From the NCBI GenBank assembly GCA_043826355.1, contig JBDRQI010000009.1, positions 8,625-72,624 on the forward strand: 64,000 nt of DNA, read 5' to 3'. Below, in pieces: positions 18,676 through 29,073 of this stretch. The DNA comes from Candidatus Omnitrophota bacterium. GTDB taxonomy: Bacteria; Ratteibacteria; UBA8468; MWAK01. The position numbers were made by a program, and so were the translations under genes. The notes beneath the pieces were generated by a model. It did not search any database. It worked only from the letters and a program-made list of their open reading frames with translations, and was not told where the DNA came from. Position 1 is the first letter of the stretch. Every line of letters begins with the position of its first letter.

Positions 18676-19431
18676 TTAAACCTCCCTTTTAGGAGTTGTT
18701 AAACCCCTAAGGCGGAAAAAATCCCGGACAGTCTTGTTCTGGCTTTCCTTAATTTCCGAAGTAGTTCCGAATCCGACCACTTTACCTTCGGAAAGCACGC
18801 CGATGCGGTTAGCCACCCGGAAGGTCAGGTGGCGGTCGTGAGTAACCATCAGCGCCGTGGTGCCCAGTTTTTTCTGGATATCCAGCATTAGTTCTTCAAT
18901 GCTTTCGGCGGTCAGCGGGTCCAGGCCGGCGGTTGGTTCATCATAGCAAATGGTTTTCGGTTCAAAGATAAGAGTTCTCGCCAGCGCCACCCGTTTCTTC
19001 ATCCCGCCGCTTAACTCATCCACCTGCAAATCTTCCGTGCCTTTCAGGTCGACCAGACCCAGACTATGGGTTACCTTTTTACGAATCTCCTCGACCGGCA
19101 GGTCGGTATGCTCCAGGAGGTAAAAACCGATATTTTCCCAGACCGGCATAGAATCAAAAAGAGCGTTGCCCTGGAAGACCATGCCTATTTCCCGACGGAT
19201 ATCGTTCCAGTTCTTCGGGGAGAACCCGGCGATGTCTCTGCCGTTGATGAATATCTTTCCGCCGGTCGGCGTAAGCAGGCCGACAATGTTTTTTAAAAGA
19301 ACCGTCTTGCCGGAACCGCTGATTCCGGCGATTATTGTTGTTTCGCCTTCGTCAACCCAAAAATTAACTCCGTTCAAAACCGGCGTATTGCCAAAACCGG
19401 CAAAAAGGTCCTGGACATCAATCGCTCTCAT
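18676..19431 (-). CDS. mlaF: MlaF-like ABC ATPase
   Basis: GISGSGKT, FQGNALFDSM, LSGGMKKRVALAR, YDEPTAGLDP. Confidence 0.92.
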   Translation of the reverse strand: MRAIDVQDLFAGFGNTPVLNGVNFWVDEGETTIIAGISGSGKTVLLKNIVGLLTPTGGKIFINGRDIAGFSPKNWNDIRREIGMVFQGNALFDSMPVWENIGFYLLEHTDLPVEEIRKKVTHSLGLVDLKGTEDLQVDELSGGMKKRVALARTLIFEPKTICYDEPTAGLDPLTAESIEELMLDIQKKLGTTALMVTHDRHLTFRVANRIGVLSEGKVVGFGTTSEIKESQNKTVRDFFRLRGLTTPKREV

Positions 19432-19562
19432 TTTTTTAGGGTATTACCGCAGCAAATTTTACCACAAAATCATACCAGATTCAACCAAAGGCCGAATATC
19501 CGGGCTTCAAACATCAGACAAAAATTTTTAAACTTAAAGTTTGACGTTCGGAGTCTGGCGTT

Positions 19563-20096
19563 TTATTCTAAATTGGCGTGGTTCTTCCGAATTTGAGTCT
19601 CCGCAATCTTTAACCGGTTCTTAAGAACCAGGCAGACGCTGTCGCAGAAGAGAAGCAGGCTTTGTTCAAAGAGCGAAGCCATTAACTGGCGGGAAGGCAA
19701 AACACTGGGTATAACTATCATTAAGTCAGCCATCTTTTTCAGGGAAGGGGAAGGAGAAGCGGTTATGAAAACCACGTCTGCTTTGTATCTTCCGGCTAAC
19801 TTCACAATGTTTATCACGCCGCTGGTCTTTCCGGAGCCGGAGGCAGCCACCAGGAGGTCATTCTTTCCGATGGCCGGAGTCACAATTTCGCCGACCACAT
19901 AACACTCTTTTCCCAGATGCCGCAGCCTTTTGGCAAAAGCCTGGAGCATTAGCATGCTTCTGCCTGCACCGATAACGAAGACTCGGCGGGATTCCAGGAG
20001 CCGGTCCAGAAATTCTCCCGACTCTTTTTCGCTGATATTGTTCAGAGATTTGTTTAATTCCTGCAGCACGACCTTTCGGATTTTATTAAATTCCAT
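19563..20096 (-). CDS. hxlB: 6-phospho-3-hexuloisomerase-like SIS protein
   Basis: GAGRS, SGSGKT, SLFEQ, C-terminal HANLE. Confidence 0.85.
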   Translation of the reverse strand: MEFNKIRKVVLQELNKSLNNISEKESGEFLDRLLESRRVFVIGAGRSMLMLQAFAKRLRHLGKECYVVGEIVTPAIGKNDLLVAASGSGKTSGVINIVKLAGRYKADVVFITASPSPSLKKMADLMIVIPSVLPSRQLMASLFEQSLLLFCDSVCLVLKNRLKIAETQIRKNHANLE

Positions 20097-20109
20097 TTGA
20101 TGTTTTTGT

Positions 20110-20137
20110 GCAGGGGCTCAATTCATCGAGCCCCTGC
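20110..20137. repeat. GTAG-type REP-like palindrome (single, intergenic)
   Basis: GCAGGGGCTCAATTCATCGAGCCCCTGC; same arm as the leuS and intron copies. Confidence 0.75.
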
Positions 20138-20140
20138 GTT

Positions 20141-21250
20141 TTATCCCCACTTGGCTCCTTCGTCCAGCATCGCCAGGTAATTTTCCACCGGGATGTAGTT
20201 TGCCACCGAGTTCCCGGTTCCCAGGGCATAGCCGCCGCCCGGCATGCACTCATCAAGGATTTTCCGGACGTAGGTACGCAGGTCTGCTTCGTTGAAAATA
20301 CAGAGTTTATTTACGTCCACCCCGCCCAGGACCGCAATCCGGTTTCCGTGCTTCCGCTTGAACTCGGCCACCGGCACGATAGTGTCTTCAAAGGAGTGCT
20401 TGCCATCTATCCTCACGTCGGTGATAAGGTCTTCCATAATCGTTTCCAGGTTGCCGCAACTATGGAGGACATAGAGCAGGTTATTTTCGTGAGCGAGTTG
20501 CGCCAATTTTTTGTGCCAGGGAAGGATATACTTTCTTAAAACGTTCGGCGAAACCAGGGTTGCGGTTTTGAAGCCCATATCGTCGCCCTGGACGAAACCG
20601 ATTAAATTATTCAGCCCGAGCGCCTTCTGATAACAGGCGTAAATCAGCCCTCCCACCCTGTCCGTTACCGCTGCGATGAGTTCCGGGTTATCGTAGATGA
20701 GATAACCCAGCGTCTCCAGTCCGAAGAGACTGTTGGCGATGACTTCGAAAATTCCCTGGGAAAAAGTGGCAAAGATACCCATTCCTTCCGGCAGGTTTTG
20801 GGCGATAAACTCAAAAGGCCAAAGGTTAAAATTATCCAGGGAAGGCCAGGGAAATTTTTCAAAATCCTCCCAGGAAGTTATTGCGCCCTTACCCTCTTCC
20901 ACCCACTTTCTGGTTCCACGCGAGAGACCGGCGGTATCATCGGCGCTCCGGTTCTTTGAGGCAAAAGACAAAGAGGCGGAAAAACGGAAATCGGCGGTGA
21001 GCCGAAGGTAATCATAGCCCAGCCGGTGCCAGCAGCGGATGTTGTTCTTCAGGGACTTTTCCTGGGTTTCCCGGTCTTTCGCTTCGGCCGGTTCAACCCA
21101 CTTGCCGCCGAAGAGGTTTTCCGTGAAGTACCTGACTATTTCCCGGTCAATGTGCAATTCAAATAAAGGCACCCGGGACGGAACTTTTTGCCTTAAAATG
21201 ATTTTTTTAAACTCCTCCCTGTCCGGTTGCGGCTTCCTTAGTTCTATCAT
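20141..21250 (-). CDS. Uroporphyrinogen decarboxylase family protein (URO-D/CIMS fold)
   Basis: GDDMGFK, LHSCGN, VLGGVD, GGYALGTGNS. Confidence 0.88.
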   Translation of the reverse strand: MIELRKPQPDREEFKKIILRQKVPSRVPLFELHIDREIVRYFTENLFGGKWVEPAEAKDRETQEKSLKNNIRCWHRLGYDYLRLTADFRFSASLSFASKNRSADDTAGLSRGTRKWVEEGKGAITSWEDFEKFPWPSLDNFNLWPFEFIAQNLPEGMGIFATFSQGIFEVIANSLFGLETLGYLIYDNPELIAAVTDRVGGLIYACYQKALGLNNLIGFVQGDDMGFKTATLVSPNVLRKYILPWHKKLAQLAHENNLLYVLHSCGNLETIMEDLITDVRIDGKHSFEDTIVPVAEFKRKHGNRIAVLGGVDVNKLCIFNEADLRTYVRKILDECMPGGGYALGTGNSVANYIPVENYLAMLDEGAKWG

Positions 21251-21343
21251 AACAGATATTTTATCACACGAAGGATGTTTCCCGAAAAACTAACCGCTCC
21301 ATTGAAAAAAAGTGTATAATAAGGATTACCAAACAATAAAAAC

Positions 21344-23203
21344 ATGAATAACTTTCTGCCTACCACGCCGGAAGAAGTCCGGGAACGAAACTGGGACGCG
21401 GTTGATGTTTTGCTTGTGTCCGGGGATGCCTACGTGGACCACCCGGCCTTTGGCGCCGCCTTAATCGGAAGAGTACTGGAAGCGGCCGGTTACCGGGTAG
21501 CCATCCTGGCCCAGCCGGACTGGCACTCCAAAGAACCCTTTCTCGCTTTCGGCCGACCGCGCCTTTTTGTCGGAATTACCGCCGGGTGCCTGGATTCCAT
21601 GATGGCCCACTACACGGCCAGCGGCAACCGGCGAAAGGTGGACGCCTACTCGCCCGGGGGCGCAATTGATTTGCGTCCGAACCGCGCCGCCATCGTGTAC
21701 GCTAACCGCGTCCGGGAGGCATTTCCGGGCATACCCATCGTCCTGGGCGGAATTGAAGCATCACTACGAAGGCTGGCACACTATGATTACTGGTCAGACC
21801 AGGTGCGGCGGTCAATCCTGCTGGATAGCCGGGCGGACTGGATTGCCTACGGAATGGCGGAACAAGCAGTCATTGAAATTGCCCGGCGTCTTGCCGCCGG
21901 TGAACCGGCCGCAACAATACACGACCTGGCCGGTACCCTCTGGATAACCTCAAACCCCTCCGAACTGCCGGAGGGACACCTGATGCTGCCTTCCGAAGAA
22001 GAGACGATAGCGGATAAAAAAGTATTTACCGAATCATTCGGCCTCTGGTACTTAAACCAGAACCCCACCATTCCAGGAAGTCTTCAAGACTTTCGTTCCG
22101 GCCGGCCGATTGTCCAACCTTCCGCCAAAAGGTTCCTGGTCCAGATGCCCCCGGCTTTACCGCTGACAACCGCGGAACTGGACCGCATCTACAGCCTGCC
22201 TTTTGCGCGGGCAAGCCACCCGATTTATAAACGAATGTCCGGCGTGCCGGCGCTTGCTTCCGTTGAAACCTCAATTACCAGCCACCGTGGCTGCGGCGGC
22301 GGGTGCGCCTTCTGCACCCTGGCCAGCCACCAGGGCCGGATTGTGCAGAACCGGTCGTTGGACTCCATCCAGGAAGAGATGAAAAGAATCTCCCGGATGG
22401 ACAATTTTCGCGGCACAATCAGCGATGTCGGCGGACCAACGGCAAACATGTACGGCGCTTCGTGCCGGCGCCCTTCCGGAGCGTGTAACCGCAACAGTTG
22501 CCTTTATCCAAAAATTTGCTCTTTCTTTAAATTTAACGGCGCCAAACACCTGGAAGCGCTCGCCTCCGGCCGAAAAATAAGGGCCGTAAAACACGTTTTT
22601 GCAAGTACCGGCATCCGGCACGACCTGGCGCTGGCCGACCCGTGCCGGGAATACCTTCCGGAATTATGCCGGCACCACGTCAGCGGACACCTGAAGGTCG
22701 CACCGGAACATATCAGCCGTCCGGTACTGGAAAAGATGCATAAACCGGACAACGAAACGTTCCAGATTTTCCGGGATAGTTTTAAGAAATCGGCCCGGCA
22801 GGCCGGAAAAGAACTCTACCTGGTGCCTTATTTTATGTCCGGCCATCCCGGCTGCCAGGTGGAACATATGCGGGCTTTAAGGGAATATGTCCGGGGTTTC
22901 GGCCACTTCCTGGAACAGGTGCAGGACTTCACGCCTCTGCCGATGACCCTTTCCGGCTGTATGTATTGGACCGGGGTGGACCCCTTAACAGGCGCAGAGG
23001 TCTATTCGGCCAAAGGAAAGGAAAAAACGCTCCAGCGGATGCTTCTCCAGCCAAACGACCGGCGACACCCCCCCACCTCACCTCCCCCACCAGGGGGGAG
23101 GAAAAAGGAGAAACGGGGGACCACCAAGAAGTTTGCGCGGCTGGAAAAATTAAAAACCAAATACAAAGCAAAGCGCAGAGTTACCGGCATCAAGAAGAAA
23201 TAG
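21344..23203 (+). CDS. YgiQ family radical SAM protein
   Basis: SGDAYVDHPAFG, GGIEASLRR, HRGCGGGCAFC, DVGGPTANMY, YFMSGHPG. Confidence 0.93.
   Translation: MNNFLPTTPEEVRERNWDAVDVLLVSGDAYVDHPAFGAALIGRVLEAAGYRVAILAQPDWHSKEPFLAFGRPRLFVGITAGCLDSMMAHYTASGNRRKVDAYSPGGAIDLRPNRAAIVYANRVREAFPGIPIVLGGIEASLRRLAHYDYWSDQVRRSILLDSRADWIAYGMAEQAVIEIARRLAAGEPAATIHDLAGTLWITSNPSELPEGHLMLPSEEETIADKKVFTESFGLWYLNQNPTIPGSLQDFRSGRPIVQPSAKRFLVQMPPALPLTTAELDRIYSLPFARASHPIYKRMSGVPALASVETSITSHRGCGGGCAFCTLASHQGRIVQNRSLDSIQEEMKRISRMDNFRGTISDVGGPTANMYGASCRRPSGACNRNSCLYPKICSFFKFNGAKHLEALASGRKIRAVKHVFASTGIRHDLALADPCREYLPELCRHHVSGHLKVAPEHISRPVLEKMHKPDNETFQIFRDSFKKSARQAGKELYLVPYFMSGHPGCQVEHMRALREYVRGFGHFLEQVQDFTPLPMTLSGCMYWTGVDPLTGAEVYSAKGKEKTLQRMLLQPNDRRHPPTSPPPPGGRKKEKRGTTKKFARLEKLKTKYKAKRRVTGIKKK
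23068..23101. repeat. C/G hairpin repeat in the YgiQ 3' coding region
   Basis: CCCCCCCACCTCACCTCCCCCACCAGGGGGGAGG; encodes PPTSPPPPGGR. Confidence 0.7.
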
Positions 23204-23206
23204 ATT

Positions 23207-23839
23207 ATGAAAAAGGGGTTTACTTTAGTTGAACTTTTAGTCGTAATTGCGATTATCGCAATTCTCGCCGCCCTGCTTCTTCCCGCTTTTTCCCGCGCGC
23301 GGGAAAAAGGCAGACAGGCTGTTTGCATAAACAATTTAAAACAACTGTACCTGGCCCTGGAACTATACGCAAACGCTTATAATGAAACCTATCCTCGCGC
23401 GGCCGGTACTATTGCTTGGGACGAGGTGGATGTTGACGACGGAACGTACGGATGGATGCAGCAGATTTTTCCTTATGTGCAAAATAAAAAAATTTACAAG
23501 TGCCCCTCGGATAGAGATTCAGAATACAGTTATTTTCTCGGCGCCCGGGCCGCATACGTTGCAACCGGCGACCGCGCAAACATTCAGAGAAAGAGCATTC
23601 TCTATTCGAGCGCTTACGTTTTAGCGGGCGATACCATCGGGTGGAACTTTACCGACTGCGATAAAGATGATTACTCGCAAAATTGTGTGGGCGGACCGGC
23701 CAACGGCACTCCGTATGAGGATTGGAGGGTGCATACCGAAGGTCAAAATATCCTCTTTGCCGACGGACACTGCAAATGGTATAAAGAGTATACCCCCTCG
23801 GAAATGACGTTCCGCTATGACAGCATGCATAGTTGGTAA
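23207..23839 (+). CDS. Prepilin-type N-methylation domain protein with H-X9-DG motif (DUF1559-like)
   Basis: [49 protein letters not shown]. Confidence 0.93.
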   Translation: MKKGFTLVELLVVIAIIAILAALLLPAFSRAREKGRQAVCINNLKQLYLALELYANAYNETYPRAAGTIAWDEVDVDDGTYGWMQQIFPYVQNKKIYKCPSDRDSEYSYFLGARAAYVATGDRANIQRKSILYSSAYVLAGDTIGWNFTDCDKDDYSQNCVGGPANGTPYEDWRVHTEGQNILFADGHCKWYKEYTPSEMTFRYDSMHSW

Positions 23840-23860
23840 GAGACGCAGAGAATAACATTA
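23798..23860 (+). repeat. 63-bp direct repeat, copy 1 (3' end of prepilin gene plus downstream bases)
   Basis: 60/63 identical to 28996-29058 by manual alignment. Confidence 0.92.
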
Positions 23861-24042
23861 GGTACTTGACGCAATAGACACATAGGAATAAAATGAGGAT
23901 AAATAAAGCAGGGAATCAGTCTAAAATATTTCTTTTTGATGGGCAAAACGGAGGATTCCAAACAATGACTGGCTGGGGGGCGTGGCCGGAGTACTTGACT
24001 TTGAAAACTAAGATACCGAAACACAACGATTGGGCGGTAAAA

Positions 24043-27000
24043 ATGAGATGGCTAACCTTATTATCGTTTATAGTTCTATTGGTGGGAAAAAATCCACAAC
24101 AAGCTGCGGCGAAAACATCTGTTTTTACCGCTGATTTCGAAGGCAACAACAGCTACAAGATTGATACGCCGATACACGGCCAAAAAGAGTGGACCTCTCT
24201 CCCGGCAAACGATCCGAATATTCTCATTCGCGGTTCGTCTTACGGCGGAGGCTGGAATAGTCATGGCCAGTATCTGGTCGTAAACGGACGGGACCGTTTT
24301 GCCATTTTACCTGAGCTTAATACCGCAGCTTCCGGAAGCGTCAAAATCAGTTTGGACGTGCGGCCGGGTGATGCCGTCAAAGATGAAAGCAGCTGGGCCG
24401 CTCTGCTATATATCTATGATAATTACGGCTTGGGCATCGTCAGCGTAAAATTTCAAGGGTCAGACGTTCCCAACACCGGACCGATTCAAGTGACAGATGG
24501 CGGTAATGACCATTACATTAATTCCGGGTTTACCTGGAAATATGTGGATAACAATTCACAGCATCATATTGATTTGGTAATTTATCAAACGCCCTTCGAA
24601 ACATCCTTCGACGAACACGCTTGGGAGTTGAGCGTCGATGGCGGAAAACCGATTCTGGGAAGTTGGGGTGGTTTTTTTGGTTCGAAGGTTGGGTCGGGAA
24701 CGGTGGAAAAAATTTCGCTTCGCGGCGGAGCCAACAATGCCCCCGGTGGTTTGGTCGCCTACGACAACCTCATCGTGGAGAAGGTTACGAAAGAGATTCC
24801 GGAAAACCTGTTGTCTTCGGTAAATCCGGAAATTTCATTTGCCAGAGTATCCCGGTTAATGGACTCGGCTTATTATAACTCAGGAACAAGAGTGGATATT
24901 GCCCGGTTTGACCTGGAAGAACTCTCCCGGCAGGGAAAACCGGCTCCTTTCGAAATCATACGGAAAACCGTTGCTGCTGACAAAGCCCTGCGCCAACAGT
25001 GGTTAGATTTGGAAGCGAAGCGTAAGTCCATTGATGCTGAAATTCGTCTTATACCCACAACTAAAAGCGCTCATCGGTTAAGAATTGAAAATTTGAGCGC
25101 GGGAACTTCCGGAGAATCGGAGTGGTTTGGATTGCGCTATGCTGCCCTTCTTTTGCCGAACGGCGATAAAGTAAAAATTGAGGCGTCAAAGTTTAATGGA
25201 GGCGCCTACAATGCAGGTTATTCGTACCAATGCGAGTTTTCGCCGGCCGCTTTTGTATATGGTCAACGTTCCAGAACGCATACCATGCAAGCAGGATTTG
25301 ATCTGCCGGCTCAGGCCGGTCTGGGAACCGTTTTGCTAATATCAGGAATTGACGACGACAAACCCGGCCAGACGCCAATCCGCATTCTTTTGGACGGCGT
25401 AACGCTCTTCGAAGGTAAAAATGATTTTGCGGAAGTTGGCTGGTCTGAAAAAAGCTACCCCATACCTGTCCGGGTGTGGCAGGCAGGCCCGCCGTCAGGA
25501 ATACAGGAAGAGGTGTTTCCCCGGCTGACGGAATGGAAAAGGGATGTCAAGACGTTTGAGAAATGGAGCCGGGAACAGGCCGATAACATTGATACCATAA
25601 CACAGCCTCTCCGCCGAAAACTGGTTTGGAAAAAACGAGATTTTGCCCAGGACTGGTGGAGGCATGGATTTATGCGGGGAATCTGTTTTGAATCTGACGC
25701 ATCATCCCCGCCGAATGAAAGGGGCCGGCCCTGGTTTGCCGACAATTTTGAGTATGTAGTAAAAGCTTTTGACTCGGCCCGGGTAAATATGGTCTATACT
25801 TATTTCCCTTCAGGTAGTCCCGATTTCTTTGCCTTTAGGTTAGAAAACGAAAAAATTGGCACCCCGATGGTTAAGTCCACCTTTGACCTGTCACCAAGCA
25901 AGCCCGTTGCCCGGGGCGGAAAAGAGCTTGGTTACTTTTTGGACGCCCAGACCGCTGCGCGTGACTTGGCAGAGAACTATATTCAAAAACAGAGTCCGGG
26001 AGAAACAACTCTTCGCGGCATTGCCTTAGACGAGCCCATTATTCCGAATGATAATGCGGAAATTGATGAGAAATTAGCCAAGGTTCCCGAAGTTCTACAA
26101 GCCTGGTATGCCTATTTGAATACGAGAAAAAGCAGGCTGGGCAAAACAGGCATAGATAATCTTTCCCAGCCGAAACCGGTCTTGAAAGTAGAGACTGATG
26201 CGGACCGGGTATTATGGATGGAATGGCAGTATTTTAAAATGGATTTTTTCACCGATTTTTATGCTGAGTTATTTCACCGACTGGAGGATAAAGGTCAATT
26301 GCTTTTTATACTCGTTCAAGATTTTCTTCGGCAAAACCCGCAAGCCGCAGCTTATCCATATTATGGAGCCAAACTTCCTATCATTGCGACCGACCTTTAT
26401 AATAATGCCTGGGTGCGCGAGGCTTATGTTATGGATCTTTTGCGCTCAGTTTCCAAAGGCAAGGCTATTCTGGTCCCCGGGTCGGGATATTCCGCTCACA
26501 CGCCTGACCGCTTCCATCGCACTCTGGCCAACAGCATGCTCAGGGCCGACGGGGTGCTTCAATGGATTCATTGCTACGCTTCGAAATATCGCGCTCGTAT
26601 GTTTTTTGCTAAACCCTACATGAAAGACAACCGGGGCCGGGAAGCGCTTGACAACTGGGACCCGGAATACTGGGAAATTCAAAAATCGGTATTTCAGGAC
26701 ATGGAAAAGGCTGAGCCATATCTGAGTGATACTCAACCAACAGCCAAGGTCGCCGTCCTGTACAGCATGCGGTCGGTTATCGCAGAAAGCGCCACTACCG
26801 GATATTGGGGTTGCATTATCGATTCCAGCTGTTGTATGGTTTACAACGCGCTAATCAATTGGCACCGCTCGATTGAGGCCTGCATGGTCGAGGGACTTAC
26901 ACCCGAAAAACTCAAGCGATATCGGGTGTTGTTCCTTATCAATGCCCCGACGCTTACTTTGGAAGAATGCGCTTTGTTGAGGAATTGGATAAGCGATGGA

Positions 27001-27687
27001 GGCACACTGGTTGTTGGCGGCGAAACGTCTTTGCAGGATGAGTGGGGGCGAGCACAACCTGATTATGCGCTGGCTGATGTTTTCGGACTGCATTTTGCGG
27101 GGAGGAAAAAGGGGGAGTCTTTGTTTTCAACCGAATCCTTAGTTGATAAGGGCAAGTACAACGTTGAGTATGATACAAACCTTAGCTACGCAAAAGTTGT
27201 TCCGGAAAGGGCTGCTGTCTTGGCCACCTGGGGAAACGGTGATCCGGCCCTGTTGGTTAATCCTGTAGGCCGTGGCCGTGTCTATTTTATAACTGCCTGC
27301 CGGCCGGATGTTTATTCGGTTACCAGCAAAGTCAAGAGCGGTTTATATCCCGAAAGCCGGCCCGGTTTTCCGTTGTTGTTCCGCGAAATCGCATCAAGAT
27401 ATTCGGGAGAAATGCCGGTTGATATCTTGGGGGCGCCAACGGACCTGGAGGTCAATGTCCGGCAAAAGGGAAAAACATTGATTATACATATGCTCGACTG
27501 GCAGGAAGACAGAACCGTAAATGATTTGCGTCTAAAATGCAATCTTCCCGGTAACTGGAAATTGTTCTATCCGATGGTTGGCCGTTCGGGCGAGACAGTC
27601 AAAATGGGAGAAGAAATTTCTCTTGGTCCCGTACGCATTCATGAAATGGTCGTTCTGGAACAGACAGATACGAACCCAAAAAAATAG
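24043..27687 (+). CDS. Large secreted putative carbohydrate-active protein with C-terminal beta-galactosidase trimerisation-like domain
   Basis: Signal-like MRWLTLLSFIVLLVG at ATG 24043; AKVAVLYS..LKRYRVLFL..WISDGGTLV..DVFG..NPVGRGRVYF; LDEP in the middle region. Confidence 0.7.
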   Translation: MRWLTLLSFIVLLVGKNPQQAAAKTSVFTADFEGNNSYKIDTPIHGQKEWTSLPANDPNILIRGSSYGGGWNSHGQYLVVNGRDRFAILPELNTAASGSVKISLDVRPGDAVKDESSWAALLYIYDNYGLGIVSVKFQGSDVPNTGPIQVTDGGNDHYINSGFTWKYVDNNSQHHIDLVIYQTPFETSFDEHAWELSVDGGKPILGSWGGFFGSKVGSGTVEKISLRGGANNAPGGLVAYDNLIVEKVTKEIPENLLSSVNPEISFARVSRLMDSAYYNSGTRVDIARFDLEELSRQGKPAPFEIIRKTVAADKALRQQWLDLEAKRKSIDAEIRLIPTTKSAHRLRIENLSAGTSGESEWFGLRYAALLLPNGDKVKIEASKFNGGAYNAGYSYQCEFSPAAFVYGQRSRTHTMQAGFDLPAQAGLGTVLLISGIDDDKPGQTPIRILLDGVTLFEGKNDFAEVGWSEKSYPIPVRVWQAGPPSGIQEEVFPRLTEWKRDVKTFEKWSREQADNIDTITQPLRRKLVWKKRDFAQDWWRHGFMRGICFESDASSPPNERGRPWFADNFEYVVKAFDSARVNMVYTYFPSGSPDFFAFRLENEKIGTPMVKSTFDLSPSKPVARGGKELGYFLDAQTAARDLAENYIQKQSPGETTLRGIALDEPIIPNDNAEIDEKLAKVPEVLQAWYAYLNTRKSRLGKTGIDNLSQPKPVLKVETDADRVLWMEWQYFKMDFFTDFYAELFHRLEDKGQLLFILVQDFLRQNPQAAAYPYYGAKLPIIATDLYNNAWVREAYVMDLLRSVSKGKAILVPGSGYSAHTPDRFHRTLANSMLRADGVLQWIHCYASKYRARMFFAKPYMKDNRGREALDNWDPEYWEIQKSVFQDMEKAEPYLSDTQPTAKVAVLYSMRSVIAESATTGYWGCIIDSSCCMVYNALINWHRSIEACMVEGLTPEKLKRYRVLFLINAPTLTLEECALLRNWISDGGTLVVGGETSLQDEWGRAQPDYALADVFGLHFAGRKKGESLFSTESLVDKGKYNVEYDTNLSYAKVVPERAAVLATWGNGDPALLVNPVGRGRVYFITACRPDVYSVTSKVKSGLYPESRPGFPLLFREIASRYSGEMPVDILGAPTDLEVNVRQKGKTLIIHMLDWQEDRTVNDLRLKCNLPGNWKLFYPMVGRSGETVKMGEEISLGPVRIHEMVVLEQTDTNPKK

Positions 27688-27717
27688 TAGTTCAAACAAG
27701 TTGCAGTATTTATCGAG

Positions 27718-28977
27718 ATGAAACTCACCGGACCGGAAAAGAGACTGTTTGAAGCGTTATGCCGGATGGAAATTATTGACTGCCACGAGCACATTCGTCC
27801 GGAAAAGACACGGCTGGCGTTAGACGTGGACATCTTCACCCTTTTTTCTCATTATACCCACCAGGATTTATTAAGGGCGGGCATGAAAGAAAGCGCGTAC
27901 GCAAGTCTTTTCAACGCGGAAACGCCTCTGGAAAAGCGGTGGAAGATGTTCGCGCCCTATTGGAAAAAAATTCGTTATACCTCCTTTGCAAAATCAGTTA
28001 TTCTAACCGTTGAGAAATTCTTCGGTTTCAGCGATATTACGGAAAAAAATTACCGGAAAATTTCCGAATTGATTAAAGCCGGAAATAAACCGGGGCTTTA
28101 CCAAAGAATCCTGCGGAAGGCCTGCAAAATAAGAACCGCCCTTACCCAGTTTGACGGAACAAATACCGGAACAACCCTGCTCACGCCGGTTATGCCGTTG
28201 TTTTATGAAATAGGCGAACGGAAAGATATCTCCGGGCCGGCATTTGCTCCCGGCGCCACCATCAAATCCCTGGACGGATATCTGGACGCCGGACGAAAAC
28301 ATATCTTAAAGATTAAAGCGGAAGGAACCGTAGGTTTGAAAATGGCGTCATCTTCCTGCGGTACGCCGGACCGTAAGGAAGCAGAAGCAACGTTTAAAAA
28401 ACTGATGGCTGGAACCATGAAAACTCTTCATGCGGCCAACTGGCCGTTTCTCTTGAATTCCAATCCGTTGAAAGATTACGTTGTGGACGAAACCATTAAA
28501 TTCGCCGGAGAGCAGGACCTGGTCGTCGCGGTTCACACCGGCTACTGGGGTGACTTCCGGAGTTTGGACCCGCTCCACATGATACCGATTCTGATACGGC
28601 ACCCTGACGTCCGGTTTGACATCTATCACGTCGGCTACCCCTGGGTTCGGGAAACGCTGATGCTGGGCAAAGGCTTCTCCAACGTCTGGCTTAACTTCTG
28701 CTGGACTCACATAATTTCGCAAAGGTTTGCCGTCGCTGCCCTGGACGAAGCGATTGACCTTCTCCCCACCAACAAAATTCTTGCTTTCGGCGGTGATTAC
28801 GGCACGCCGGTGGAAAAGGTCTACGGGCACCTGACCATGGCGCGGGAAGATATCGCAAAGGTTCTAGCCAGGAGGGTCCAGGAAAGGCAAATGAGCGAAG
28901 ACCAGGCAATCGATTTGGCCCATAAGTGGTTATGGGATAACCCCAGAGAGCTCTACCAATTAAAACTTACGCACTAA
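27718..28977 (+). CDS. Amidohydrolase family protein
   Basis: IIDCHEH, AVHTG, DIYHVGYP, FGGDY. Confidence 0.88.
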   Translation: MKLTGPEKRLFEALCRMEIIDCHEHIRPEKTRLALDVDIFTLFSHYTHQDLLRAGMKESAYASLFNAETPLEKRWKMFAPYWKKIRYTSFAKSVILTVEKFFGFSDITEKNYRKISELIKAGNKPGLYQRILRKACKIRTALTQFDGTNTGTTLLTPVMPLFYEIGERKDISGPAFAPGATIKSLDGYLDAGRKHILKIKAEGTVGLKMASSSCGTPDRKEAEATFKKLMAGTMKTLHAANWPFLLNSNPLKDYVVDETIKFAGEQDLVVAVHTGYWGDFRSLDPLHMIPILIRHPDVRFDIYHVGYPWVRETLMLGKGFSNVWLNFCWTHIISQRFAVAALDEAIDLLPTNKILAFGGDYGTPVEKVYGHLTMAREDIAKVLARRVQERQMSEDQAIDLAHKWLWDNPRELYQLKLTH

Positions 28978-28995
28978 TATATGTTCCTAAGCTAA

Positions 28996-29058
28996 TCGGA
29001 AATGACGTTCCGGTATGACAGCATGCATAGTTGGTAAGAGACGCAGAAAACAACATTA
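28996..29058 (+). repeat. 63-bp direct repeat, copy 2
   Basis: TCGGAAATGACGTTCCGGTATGACAGCATGCATAGTTGGTAAGAGACGCAGAAAACAACATTA. Confidence 0.92.
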
Positions 29059-29073
29059 TTGCAAGCGTCCAAT

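Noticed and set aside
19498..19560. Imperfect inverted repeat between hxlB and mlaF
   Set aside because: Degenerate and single-copy in this window; cannot tell a terminator from a repeat remnant
19563..20096. RuMP formaldehyde-fixation pathway inferred from hxlB
   Set aside because: No hexulose-phosphate synthase gene in the window; SIS isomerases have other sugar roles
23861..28995. Prophage or integrative conjugative element between the direct repeats
   Set aside because: No integrase, phage or transfer genes present
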